DNA from: Octopus vulgaris
Taxonomy: Eukaryota
DNA: 64,000 nt
Direction of reading: 5' to 3'
Assembly: GCA_951406725.2 (NCBI GenBank)
Contig: OX597835.1
Coordinates: forward strand, 13,888,001 to 13,952,000
Shown: positions 40,615 through 54,129 of the stretch, piece after piece
Layout of the letters: each line of letters begins with the position of its first letter
How positions within the stretch are numbered: the stretch's first letter is position 1
The notes under the pieces: model-generated
The model's input: only the letters and a program-made list of their open reading frames with translations
Told to the model about the DNA's origin: nothing
Database searches by the model: none
Made by a program: the position numbers and the translations under genes

Positions 40615-42647
40615 TGTATAGATATATCTAGAAGACCCAAAGAGTGGCAAGTAACACCACTCTTCTATGGATAGACAGTAGTTAAACTCTTGGTTTGATA
40701 GTGATACAACTGAGGAGTCTAATGTGGGTCTTGTATTAGCTTGCATATATATATATATATATATATTAGACAAAATGAGATAACAAAGCCAAGGATGTGA
40801 GGGCTTATCAGGATATTTATAAGGAAATAGTCTTACAGCTGTTTCTGGGATATTATGGATATCCCTTCATCAGAGACGATGTGAGCTGGTTAAAGAGAGG
40901 TAATTATTTGATTTCGAAATATGGAATTATTACAGAAAGAGGAGATAGGGTCTATAGAGGGAAATAAGAGAATGAAAGTAGAAATAAAAACTTGACTAAC
41001 AACTAATTCAGTCAATGGTTAACTTGATCAATAACTAACAAGACAAATAGAATCCTTTCACCAATAGGTACAAGGCCTGAAATCTGGGTGTGTGTATAAA
41101 TTGATTACAGCGACCTCACTACTCAACTGGTACTTATCTTATCGAACCCGAAAGGGTGAAAGACAAAATTGACCCTGGCGGAATTTGAACTCAGAACGTC
41201 AAGACGGATGAAATGCCTCTAAGCCTTTTTTTCTCAGCATGCTAATCGCCTTCTAATAGGTCAATAGAATAATGACTAATGACTAACTCGACTAATGACT
41301 AACTTGACAAATTACTAACTAGACTAATGGATAAATAGAATAATGACTAACCTACCTAATGACTACAAGATGTATGGATAACTTGACTAATGACTAACTA
41401 GATTAATGACTGACTAATGGATAATAGATAAAAGAAATTGATTGCATTAAGACTATCTTAGTCTACAGATGGCAACACATTCCGATGTTTTTGTTTTTTG
41501 TTTTTGCCTTCTTGAAGACATCTTTATATATAAAAGAGAAGTTGTGTGTCTGTCTCCTACGATTTATATTCCTAACTACTCCCACATTTAGCGGTGCAGT
41601 TTAACCAAAACAGGGTATCTTATAGTCGTGATTCATATCGAGCCCTTCTGGGTATTAGCGTGCGTCTACGATGAGTCTACGATTTAAAAAAAAATTTACC
41701 ATCATTTTTTTCCATTTTAATGCATTTTTTTCGCTATTATATAAGGGAAGTAACTCTCTAAAAATGTTTACGATGAGTCAACGATTTAAAAAAAAATTTA
41801 CCATCATTTTTTTTCCATTTTTAATACATTTTTTTGCTATTTTTTGGCTATAACTCTCTAAAAATGCTTATATAGTTATTTCCCTTACAAACCCGAGCAA
41901 CGCCGGGCAATACTGCTAGTTCAGAATATTTAATTCATCTCAGCAAACGCAAAAGTATCAACGTCACTATATATAGGGGAACAAAGGATGGCAATGGTTT
42001 GTGTCTTTTTTAAACCTGAAGTTCACACAAGCGCAAGAAGTATGAGGTAGGGAAGAGATAAATGTAACCCGAAAATAGGAGGTAGAAGGTATGGGCGTAT
42101 TGAGGGCAGTTAGAGGTATTCAGACCAAAGAAATTTTATAAGTTGTAATGCTACAGGTGCTATTATATATATATATATATATATGATTTTATAGTTTCTA
42201 GGGGGTATATAATTAGGAGACTTACTTACATAAATGCCATTACAAGTATATATAAAATGATCAGTAGGGAAGAACCTCATAGAAAGGAAAAAATAGTTTA
42301 ATCACCAAAATATGATGAAGTCATAGGCACAGGAGTGGCCGTGTGGTAAGTAGCTTGCTTACGAACTACATGGTTCCGGGTTCAGTCCCACTGCGTGGCA
42401 CCTTGGGCAAGTGTCTTCTATTATAGCCTTGGGCCAACCAAAGCCTTGTGAGTGGATTTGGTAGACGGAAACTGAAAGAAGCCTGTCGTATATATGTATA
42501 TATATATGTGTGTGTGTATTTGTGCATCTGTGTTTGTCCCCCTAGCATGGGTGTGGGAGGCATGTTTTCTACTATAGCCTCAGGCTGACCAAAGCCTTGT
42601 GAATGGATTTAGTAGACGGAAACTGAAAGAAGCCCATCATATACATG

Positions 42648-42695
<48 letters not shown>

Positions 42696-43432
42696 GTTCC
42701 TCCAACATCACTTGACAACCGATGGTGGTGTGTTTACGTCCCTGTAACTTAGCGGTTCAGCAAAAGAGACCGATAGAATAAGTACTGGGCTTACAAACAA
42801 TAAGTCTTGGGGTCGATTTGCTCGACTTAAAGTGATGCTCCAGCATGGCCACAGTCAAATGACTGAAACAAGTAAAAGAGTAAAGAGTAGAGTAAAGAGT
42901 TAGTCAGACTAACGAGGTAGGAGTTATCATGGGATTGTAATTACATACTGCACACCATATACCATATCACATAGCTTATAACTTATGCAATGCATGTCAC
43001 ATAATATCCCATGATTTTATAATATTTGATACTATAGGGTAAGTTTATAATGATTACGACACCAAAATTAATTTCCGCTATCAAATTGCAACTATGACAT
43101 CTATAATCTCTAATTTCGAAAATACCTAAATGTACAGGTGATGATATGCACACATGATACCCTTAGGTCTAATCTATTATTAATCAGGTTGTTCTCATTC
43201 CTATACTTAAAAATTTCAAGTTTCCAAAGAGCACAGCTTACACCCGTATCGACTATCTCTATAAGGCTGATGCATTGTTCAATTAAATGCAGCTGCTTGA
43301 AACGGTCGTACCGCATAACTTCTTGATATCCTGTTGCTTATTTTGATTTTATTCACCTTACTTTGAGGTGTGCGGATAATACCGGACTGACTTGGTGCTT
43401 CAACTTAAGTACCTAATTTAAATAAATCTCAA

Positions 43433-43471
<39 letters not shown>

Positions 43472-44976
43472 TGTATAGATATATCTAGAAGACCCAAAGA
43501 GTGGCAAGTAACACCACTCTTCTATGGATAGACAGTAGTTAAACTCTTGGTTTGATAGTGATACAACTGAGGAGTCTAATGTGGGTCTTGTATTAGCTTG
43601 CATATATATATATATATATTAGACAAAATGAGATAACAAAGCCAAGGATGTGAGGGCTTATCAGGATATTTATAAGGAAATAGTCTTACAGCTGTTTCTG
43701 GGATATTATGGATATCCCTTCATCAGAGACGATGTGAGCTGGTTAAAGAGAGGTAATTATTTGATTTCGAAATATGGAATTATTACAGAAAGAGGAGATA
43801 GGGTCTATAGAGGGAAATAAGAGAATGAAAGTAGAAATAAAAACTTGACTAACAACTAATTCAGTCAATGGTTAACTTGATCAATAACTAACAAGACAAA
43901 TAGAATCCTTTCACCAATAGGTACAAGGCCTGAAATCTGGGTGTGTGTATAAATTGATTACAGCGACCTCACTACTCAACTGGTACTTATCTTATCGAAC
44001 CCGAAAGGGTGAAAGACAAAATTGACCCTGGCGGAATTTGAACTCAGAACGTCAAGACGGATGAAATGCCTCTAAGCCTTTTTTTCTCAGCATGCTAATC
44101 GCCTTCTAATAGGTCAATAGAATAATGACTAATGACTAACTCGACTAATGACTAACTTGACAAATTACTAACTAGACTAATGGATAAAAAGAATAATGAA
44201 TAACAACCTAAAGACTAACTCAACTAAAGGATAAATAGAATAATGGACATCAAAGATTAATGACTAACTAGGCTAATGAATAACTTGACTAATTACAAAC
44301 TAGACTAATGGATGAATAGAATAATGAATAATCTACCTAATGACTACAAGATGAATGGATAACTTGACTAATGACTAACTAGATTAATGACTGACTAATG
44401 GATAGTAGATAAAAGAAATTGATTGCATTAAGACTATCTTAGTCTACAGATGGCAACACATTCCAATGTTTTTGTTTTTGCATTCTTGAAGACATTCAGA
44501 ATATTTAATTCTGCTCAGCAAACTCAAAAGTACAAATGTCTCTATATATAGGGGAACAAAGGATGGCAATGGTTTGTGTTTTTTCTAAACTTGAAGGTCA
44601 CACAACCGCAAGAAGTATGAGAACCAATTCTTGCTGCTGCAAGTAGAGCAGGAATGAAGAAACTTTTCAGGATAAAAATTCCCACAGAAAAAAGGTCCGC
44701 GAGCGGATCACAAGTTCTAACTCTTATATCTGTGTAAATCTTGTTGTATATCTCTCTCTTTACTCTTTTACTTGTTTCAGTCATTTGACTGTGGCCATGC
44801 TGGAGCACCGCCTTTAATCGAGCAAATCGACCCCAGGACTTATTCCTTGTAAGCCTAGTACTTAATCTATCGGTCTCTTTTGCCTAACCGCTATGTTACG
44901 GGGACGTAAACACACCAGCATCAGTTGTCAAGCAATGTTGGGGGGGACGAACACAAACACACAAACATACACACGC

Positions 44977-45040
<64 letters not shown>

Positions 45041-45259
45041 TGATAAAAACGGTAAGATAACAAAAGAAATAAGAGACCTCAATATTATGTAAATAGAGGA
45101 AATTATTTGTAAATGTAATATGTGACAATTATTCGGTAGTCAAGATAAAACTCCGAGTTTTCGGATGCCGAGGTGGAAATTCACACCGCCATCTCTTCAG
45201 TTATCCAAAACTTGGAGTTTTATCTTGGCTACCAAGTAATTGTCACATATTACATTTAC

Positions 45260-45300
<41 letters not shown>

Positions 45301-45479
45301 TACGACGGGCTTCTTTCAGTTTCCGTCTACCAAATCCACTCACAAGGCTTTGGTTGGCCCGAGGCTGTAGTAGAAGACACTTGCCCAAGGTGCTACGCAG
45401 TGGGACTGAACCCGGAACCATGTGGTTCGTAAGCAAGTCACTTACCACACAGCCACTCTTACGTATAATTCGATATATA

Positions 45480-47150
45480 TTAATAAATATAAGCTTTACA
45501 CATTAAATTAACACTTAACATCTTCATTAACGCCGCCACTGAATTTAGGACGTTTATATTACTTATGAGGTATTCCTTAGTTTTCAAATAGAGTGTAGTT
45601 GGGTGTCTGGGGGGGGGGGGCAAACCTAGCAATACTATATTTTGTACTACTAATAAACCAGCAAGTGATAATGGTAATAAATCCAAAATTAATAAGAATC
45701 AACCTCACAATAGTAAACACAATATAGAAAAGAATTAATATTAAATTATCTTATAAGGCTATGATTAAAATCAAACAATTAACAATTATAATTATCCCTA
45801 TAATAATAAAAATACAATTAATAAATATAATGATATAGATAATCAAATAACCACTTCAAATACCAGCGCCACTGCTAATCCACATAATGTTCTGAATAAT
45901 AATATTAAGCCACACACTCTTTTTATTAGCTCTAATAAATCTAAAAGGGATTATGAAATACCTATAAATAATATGGGCTGCGTGTTGTGTTCTTGAGCAA
46001 GACACTTTATTTTTTCACGTTGCTCCAGTCCACTCAGCTGTAGAAATAAGTTGCGACGTCACAGGTGCCAAGCTGTATCGGCCCTTGCCTTTCCCTTGGA
46101 CAACATCGGTGACATGGAGAGGGGAGGCCGGTATGCATGGGCGACTGCTGGTCTTCCATAAAATAACCTTGCCCAGACTTGTGCCTCAGAGGGTAACTCT
46201 ATAGGTGCAAACCCATGGTCAGTGTCTGACCGAAGGGGGTCTTTAAAATGATGAATCTAATAAGATTTGGTTAATTATTCCATATGCAATGCAAGTTAAA
46301 AATAGCATCGTTAAATCCATATTTTGGGCCATTCATAAAAGTTTTAAGTAAATAAATTCTACACCAATAGAAACATACATGACAACAATTCTACTAATTC
46401 TCCTAAACTTAAACCAAACCTACCAAACTCCACCAACTTTAATGATAACGACCATATAATCCCCTGTGATGGAAGGGAAGTGACCCATACTAATTCCCTT
46501 AATATCAATTCTTTCAATAAATACACACATAAAAACGTTAATGAATATTGTGACTGCAACATTAAATCTAATTGTAAATTTAAGAATTCGTGTAAGAGAC
46601 GAAATGTAGTCTATCAATGCATAGTTGAAGCTCTGGGAAAAAATTTTATATAGGTTCAACCGAAAATAAAGTAAATACCCGCGTGGCTACCCATCTCCAA
46701 ACTTTTAAAAATAAACAAAAATTAACCCTGACGGATTAAGTAAGTTTATATGGAAATAGGATAATAACACTGAATCTGAAATGAAATGGGATAATCTTGC
46801 TTCTGCAACGGCTTACAAAATTAATTAGAAGAAATGCAAGTTATGCATAGAAGAAACATTTCAAATACTCACATCCAATAATACCCTACTTAACTTACGA
46901 AAAGAGACAATTATTTCTTATATTCATGCGGGAAAATATGTGTTCTCTAAATTTAAGTAATTAATAAATATATAATTAAATCTTAGAATAGCATAACTGT
47001 GCTATATAATATAATATAAACATTAATAACTGTTTGACATTAAGATGTGCCCCTCACTGAAGAATTTGCATAAACTCTTGAAGCTTTAATTCTGCTAATA
47101 TAATTCTCTTCCTCCCAAATATTTACTTAACTAAACTATTAATAATAATA
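45480..47150 (+). mobile_element. Penelope-like element remnant (GIY-YIG C-terminus), interrupted by a SINE at about 45975-46243
   Basis: 46738-46925 translates to LSKFIWK...MKW..LASA.AY...KKCKLCIEE..QIL....LLN.RKE. Confidence 0.7.
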
Positions 47151-47320
47151 ACTATAACCATTACATCTCTAATTATTGTTGCCTCTATTGCCTTACATTA
47201 ATAACCGCCTGTATATATTGTTAGTAATCATTTAATAACCTTTGAACATACATACACTCTTTGATAATCATTAATATATATGTGTATATACGTATGCGTG
47301 TATATGCATAACTGTAGGTG

Positions 47321-47352
<32 letters not shown>

Positions 47353-47367
47353 TGTATGTATATATCT

Positions 47368-47422
<55 letters not shown>

Positions 47423-47844
47423 TATCATCATCGTTTATCGTCCGTTTTCCATGCTCGCATGGGTTGGACGGTTCGGCCGGGGTCTGGAAAGCCAGGAGGC
47501 TGCACCAGGCCCCAGTCTGATCTGGCAGCGTTTCTACAGCTGGATGCCCTTCCTAACGCCAACCACTCCACGAGTGTAGTGGGTACTTTTTACGTGCCAC
47601 CGGCACGGGTATCACAACTACAATTTCCATTTGTTTTTCATTTTGATGTTGATGTACTTGACTCAGTAGGTCTCCTCAAGCACAGCAGGTCGGCCTACGA
47701 TCCAAGCAGGCCGTCCTGCGAGCCATGAACTCACTTCGTTTGTCGGGCCTTTGTGGTCACAACATATCTGCAGAGGTCTTGCTGTTTCGTCATTGCTTCT
47801 GTGAGGCCCAACGTTCGAAGATCATGCAACGAAGGTCATATATA

Positions 47845-47884
<40 letters not shown>

Positions 47885-48623
47885 GGAGTAAACACATAAA
47901 TATTGAAACAAGGTAGAAAAAAGAGTACTCAAATACCAGTGGTAGAGTAATATGCTTTATTTAAAAGCAGCAGAAATTCAACAAAACCTGTTACTCGGAG
48001 TTTCACGTTCCCGTTCGTCGGACAAACAAAACTGTCCGACGAACGGAAACGTGAAACTCCGACTAACAGGTTTTGTTGAATTTCTACTGCTTTTAAATAA
48101 AGTATATATATAATTGAAATTGAAATGCTTATTTATTTACGTATCTTCCGTATACTTCAAAACTATTTTCCACGTACATATTTCTCTCCTCTGTTGTACT
48201 ATTACATACAACTAAACAAATTTGAATATAGCTAATAAAATGAAGTAACAGTACATTTAATACCTGACTTAATTAACTGTACCAATTGACCCATACTTCT
48301 AACCTCTTTCACATGATACTTATGTCATATGCGCGTAAAAATAATCTATTTTGCATGATACTTCAATCATATGCGCGTAAAAAATTATATATTTATTTAT
48401 GTGAAAGTATGTATACGTATAGTACGCATATAATTACATATGCGCTAGCGTGTGTTTGCGTGAGTATCTATGTATTCGTGCATATGTGTGTATGTATGTA
48501 TGTATGTAGATCGATATGTGTGCGTGACGATAATTCCACATATTCCTATAAACTATTTCACATGTTATTTAATCAATCATGTAGATGACTTTACGTGCTT
48601 TCCTTTTTCTTGTACTTATGTAA

Positions 48624-49036
48624 GTGTGGCTGTGTGGTAAGTAGCTTGCTAACCAACCACATGGTTCCGGGTTCATTCCCACTGCGTGGCATCTTGGGCA
48701 AGTGTCTTCTGCTATAGCCCCGGACCGACCAATGCCTTGTGAGTGGATTTGGTAGACGGAAACTGAAAGAAGCCCGTCGTATATATGTATATATATATAT
48801 ATATATATATGCGTGTGTGTGTTTGTGTGTCTGTGTTTGTCCCCCTAGCATTGCTTGACAACCGATGCTGGTGTGTTTACGTCTCCGTCACTTAGCGGTT
48901 CGGCAAAAGAGACCGATAGAATAAGTACTGGGCTTACAAAGAATAAGTCCCGGGGTCGATTTGCTCGACTAAAGGCGGTGCTCCAGCATGGCCGCAGTCA
49001 AATGACTGAAACAAGTAAAAGAATAAAAGAATAAAA
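48624..49036 (+). mobile_element. Full-length tRNA-derived SINE of the dominant family (other copies at about 200-337 -, 4364-4765 -, 29084-29740 +, 33762-34310 + and array copies, 44757-45460 -, 58190-58390 -, 59690-60045 +, 60708-61415 -)
   Basis: A-box (TGGCTGTGTGG) and B-box-like (GGTTCA.TCCC) head, CTTGGGCAAG core, internal (TA)/(TG) tract, tail GGCGGTGCTCCAGCATGGCC...GAAACAAGTAAAAGAATAAAAGA. Confidence 0.9.
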
Positions 49037-49192
49037 ATACACACATTCGTGGCACTCCGTCGGTTGAGCGCATGTCTGTATCTGTATGCTTGTTTTCTTG
49101 TGATTTGCCTTGCATTTACTTTGCATTGTTTGGGCCTTACCCACGATCCTTTATAGAATATATTCTACACAATGCTTCATAGTAACTATTCC

Positions 49193-49254
<62 letters not shown>

Positions 49255-49331
49255 TAGGGAATAAATCCAAACTTACAGGGAAAAATCAGATTTAGGATTA
49301 AATCCAATTTTATAGTATAAATATATTATAT

Positions 49332-50545
49332 TATATTATATTAAATTAGAGATAAAACCACTATTAGGCAAATCAAACAATGAAAAACATTAAATTTAGT
49401 TCATTGCTAAACCTCGCTAAGATAAGTATTTATTTATATTTAAGATCTTCAAATTGTAAATTTTAATATTGTATAAGTCTTTGGTGTAATAATATTTTCC
49501 TTATGTAAATATCGTTGTTTATGTAATGATCTAATTATCGTAATTTTCTATATTATTAGATATTAAATTTAAGTTTATTCGTAAGATACTACTTAGCGAT
49601 AGATTTGTTATTTGATAGCAAGCATACGAGGTGTATTAAGTTAGGCTCTTGTATATACATTTTTTAATAGTATTAATTGTAGTTTTAAATTTATAATTAA
49701 ATTAGATAAACTTTGATAAACTTAGATATGTTTCGACTAAAGATTGGTCCAGGCCATGTCTAATTTAATAGCATAACTTAGTTATTTCTTTAAATTGATA
49801 TTCGCTAGTTATTCCCATTGATAATTATATTTATAGTATTTATTATTTATTCGATACTATATTACTACGAATTGATTATTTCTATAAGTATTTTACATAA
49901 GATTTCCGAAAGTTCGTTTAAGTTTGTTTATTTGTATTTTGAAATTAGCTATTTCATCTTTAAATATGAAAAATTAATTTATTAGGTTTTTATTATATGT
50001 GCATATATATTTATTTATAGAGATTATTTTAGATCTTAATATATTTATACACATTTATATATTTTCATTGATAATTTATATATATTAGTCATTTTTAAAT
50101 ATTTATGTAATTAGATATAGACTAATACCGATATTAGATTATTGGTGGGTTTCCTACCTTATAAATTAAAATTAATATTTAATATTATAGTCGATTTTGA
50201 TATAATTATAATTGTTAAGTTTTATGTTTCTAGTTTGATAATAGAGTTTATTATAAGTAAAATTATTATATTATTTATATCTTAAAAATATTGTTTAAAT
50301 ATTTCTGATTATATTTTAGATATTTCAATTAACCTGAAGATTGACTGTAACCATAACTCGAATTATTACGAATTGTACAGCAATGAAACGGTTGTAGTGT
50401 TTTACTCTTTATCTTTTATTAAACTTTTAATACTTTTGATATATATTTAAAATAATATAAATTAATTAATTTTATGTATTGGCTTATGTTTTTCATTGTT
50501 TTATTTGCCTAATAGTGGTTTTATCTCTAATTTAATATAATATTA
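49332..50545. mobile_element. AT-rich Penelope-like relic bounded by inverted ends
   Basis: AAATTAGAGATAAAACCACTATTAGGCAAAT at about 49342 is inverted at about 50503-50535. Hammerhead-like CTGAAGA...GAAAC motif at 50334-50398. The same terminus occurs at about 17556 and 25290. Confidence 0.6.
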
Positions 50546-50645
50546 TATATATATATACATATATATATATATGTGATCTCTTAAGCACCACCAGCTCAAA
50601 TATTGTCTCCTCTGTCTTCCCTCCTTGGGATCTTTCCTTCTCCTT

Positions 50646-50680
50646 GTTTCCGACGAAGAGCTCCGCTCGAAACGTTAAAC
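50646..50680 (+). ncRNA. Minimal hammerhead motif (CCGANGA core variant) in a roughly 200-bp repeat inserted in (TA)n
   Basis: GTTT-CCGACGA-A-GAGC/GCTC-GAAA-CG-TT-AAAC. Related copies at about 29370 (-), 57032, 26354 and 62557. Confidence 0.6.
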
Positions 50681-50785
50681 CCTCCTTCCCTTCTTTCCTG
50701 AGCATCAATAATACTTTAATTGTTCCACGTCCTGCGTTGCTGTGTTTTTTTCTCTTTTTTTCTGTGTTTTCTTGTTTGGATTAAC

Positions 50786-50857
<72 letters not shown>

Positions 50858-51526
50858 TATATGTGTGTGTGTGTGTGTGTGCTTTAAATTCCTTTACAGG
50901 AAACGTTAAAGTTCCTATTCCATTATGCTGGCCACATCCTAATGATGCTGATTGGTGACCCAGTTTTTGGTGTCGCTTCGAATTGTACCGATATATAATG
51001 TAGAATAAATAAAGTAATGAAAACAATAATATCTTGAATGGAATTCATAAACGTAATACAAACAATATCGGCCAAACACATATTTCGTCTTTTTATCATT
51101 CTGCAAAGCTGTTATTTTTATGTTTGTAATGCAATTTTTATTGGAATGCCGTGAAGCAGTGTCAGGGACAAGGTCAGCGAGATGTGATCAAAATACAGCT
51201 TAGTACTTCATAAAAGACTGTATTAATGAAATAAGGGAATGGCAAGTGGGTGTATATATGTCCTTTGAACTTCTGTTGTTGCTACGTTTAGTCCATGGCG
51301 TAAATGTTTCAAAGGACTGGTCGAACAGGTACTACTACACACACTCACACACACTTACAGGAATGCGTACATATACACACACACATACATACATACATAC
51401 ATACATACATACATACATACATACCTGCATACATACATACATACATACATACATACATACATACATACATACATACATACATACATACATACATACATAC
51501 CTGCATACATACATACATGCCTGCAT

Positions 51527-51557
<31 letters not shown>

Positions 51558-51939
51558 TACATACATACATACATACATACATACATACATACATACATAC
51601 ATACATACATACATACATACATACGTACATACATACATACACACACACATACATACATACACACACACATACATACATACATACATACATACATACATAC
51701 ATACATACATACATACATACATACATGCCTGCATACATACATACATTGATACATACGTACATACATTCATACATACATACATACATACATACATACGTAC
51801 GTACATACATACATATATACATACATACATACATACACAGACACACATACATACATACATACATACATACATACATACATACATACATACATACATACAT
51901 ACATACATACATACATACATACATACATACATACATACA

Positions 51940-52430
51940 ACAGCAAACTCAAGAAAGACTGGTGGAATATTCCCATCAAAACTTCTGTCAAAGGTAAACA
52001 TAACAGGCCGGATATTGTTGTTTGGGAGATAATGGTATGTATTGTTATAGAGGTCAGCTGTCCTGCATATATAAATGTCTCTTTAAAAATCAAAGAAAAA
52101 GAGGATATCTAAAGACAACTGCTTCGAAACCTCCAACTTCTATATTCAGCCTATGAATTCATATTCACACCAACAATAATTGGAGCACTAGGTTTTGTTA
52201 GTAAATGCTTAAAGGAGAATCTGGATAAACTGGGATTTTCAGAAAGAGAAATCGACCGACTAATTCGTACGTTACAAACGCAATTTGTGAGTGGAGCAGT
52301 AAGAATATGGAAGATTTTTTCTCAAGTTCCAAATGTGAATCTGTTTGTGTTAACTACATCCCGAAGATGGAGTCTTGTATCGTTGTTGGAAACCGGGTCC
52401 CTCCTCAGTGGAAGATTTATAATAAATAAA
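51940..52430 (+). mobile_element. R4/Dong- or NeSL-type LINE 3' fragment
   Basis: WWNIPIKT..KVKHNRPDIVVW...IEVSCP and IIGALG remnants. Confidence 0.7.
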
Positions 52431-52546
52431 AAAACAGAAGAGACATACATGCATACATTTTATATATCAAATATATACACACTTTTATATACATGTATAT
52501 ATGCATATACATATACACATAGTAAATACATACACACATATGTATA

Positions 52547-52598
<52 letters not shown>

Positions 52599-52799
52599 TA
52601 TACATACGTATAAAATACATACACATATACAAATACATGTGAAATATATATACACATATATATGATGAATTCTCTTGTCATGAACGACAAATGAGTGTTC
52701 AGTAAAATAAAGTGGTAATCATGTTCTATGGACACGAATGTGTCTCTTAAGACCTGCTGGTGCTTTGCAGAGATTTTCACAAATGGAGCAAGTGGACGT

Positions 52800-53420
52800 C
52801 ACAATTTTCTCGAGTGCTTGTCGATCATTTACAATGAGTTTTCTCTAGTGGACGGCAAAGCCTGCTTTGCATTGTGCCACAAAACAACAACGACAGGTAA
52901 GGTTTCCATTCAGAGGGGCAGCGTTTTACCAGCGTGCCTTCATACTTGCATGAAGTTGGTCCCAATGTTGGGGTCGACTTTGTTCAAATCTTTGAACTGA
53001 AGAGAAGCAGGACTGGTGCCAGGTCCAGCGTTCTGATGCTTTGTTTTTCCAGGAAGAAAAGTGAATGTTGCATCGCTTCAGATTGTCTTCTAATTTGTCT
53101 TTGAAGCATAAGAGTGGCCTTCCAACTGACCTTCCTGTTGGGAATTGGCCAAAGAGAAGTTGCTTCAGAATTCTGATATCACTCATATATGGGAGATGAC
53201 CTGACCATCTAAGTTGTATTTTGGTGAGGGTAGCTTCAATACCTGATATGTTGCATTTTGTTAGCACCTTATTTTTACGATTTGATATTGGAGATGGTAC
53301 GCAAGCATCGCACATGGAAAGCGTTAAGCTGACTGACGTGCTTTCTGTAAAGGGTCCAAGATTCAGATCCATAAAGCAGGTAATACCTCGTTTTCCTATA
53401 GAGGGTTAGTAGAGTTCAAG
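52800..53420 (-). mobile_element. RTE-clade LINE 3' fragment
   Basis: QLRWSGH...M.D.R..KQLLFG....RSVGRP...FKD motif. Confidence 0.75.
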
Positions 53421-54129
53421 TGTAACAACGTCCTGGGAGAAACCCTAGGCTTCGACGAAGATCATCTGGCCAACCTATTCCAAAGAACATTCGGGCCGGG
53501 ACCTATGGATAATTACCAAAAGTCCCTGGCCTAGCAATGTTACAGAGGAGCTTTACCGGTTCGAGATAAGCTCTTTAGACATGGGTGTGCGCCTTCGCCC
53601 GTTTGTTCAAGATGCGAGCAGGACAGTGAAACTGTCCTGCACGCGATTGTGCAAAGCCTCAAGGTGACTGAACTCTGGGCTTATGTCGAACACCTGCTGT
53701 CGCACTCGATAAGAGTACAACTGTCGAGCGAATCTGTAATTAAGATCTTTCTGCCGACCTCCCTGAATAGAGAGGAGCGAGCTTGTTTTTTTCTCGGTAG
53801 CTGCTGTTGCGAAAGAGGTAGCATGGAAGACGAGAGTGAAAGGAATTGCAACAGGCATGTTTATTTCCAGTCTCGAGATAATCGACTTTTTCCGTTTTCC
53901 ACATGACACGGAAAATAAGCCTGGAGAAGAAATGCCTGTCGCAAAGTGTGTTTCGTAAAAGATGGAAGTCTGTAGCAAGTATGTTGCGAGTGAAAGAACC
54001 TGTCTAAACAGGAACCAAAAAGGGACAAATCAACGTCTTCCGTATGAGTATGTGGTGTTTGGGGTCAACCGCGTCCTCCGCTTCCTTTTTTGTAAATCAC
54101 TCATTCTCATTTTATTGTATGTATTTTAA

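Larger units (their letters stand above)
32367..44620. repeat. Tandem segmental array: 4 near-identical units of about 2.86 kb plus a diverged terminal repeat
   Basis: The same Helitron starts at 32949, 35794, 38660 and 41521 (periods 2845, 2866, 2861). Units differ mainly in microsatellite length. Confidence 0.97.

Noticed and set aside
33752-42563. Repeated 80-aa ORF (RRASFSFRLPNPLTRLW...) and 62-68-aa ORFs that look like a gene family
   Set aside because: They are antisense translations of the dominant SINE and of non-coding sequence copied by the tandem array.
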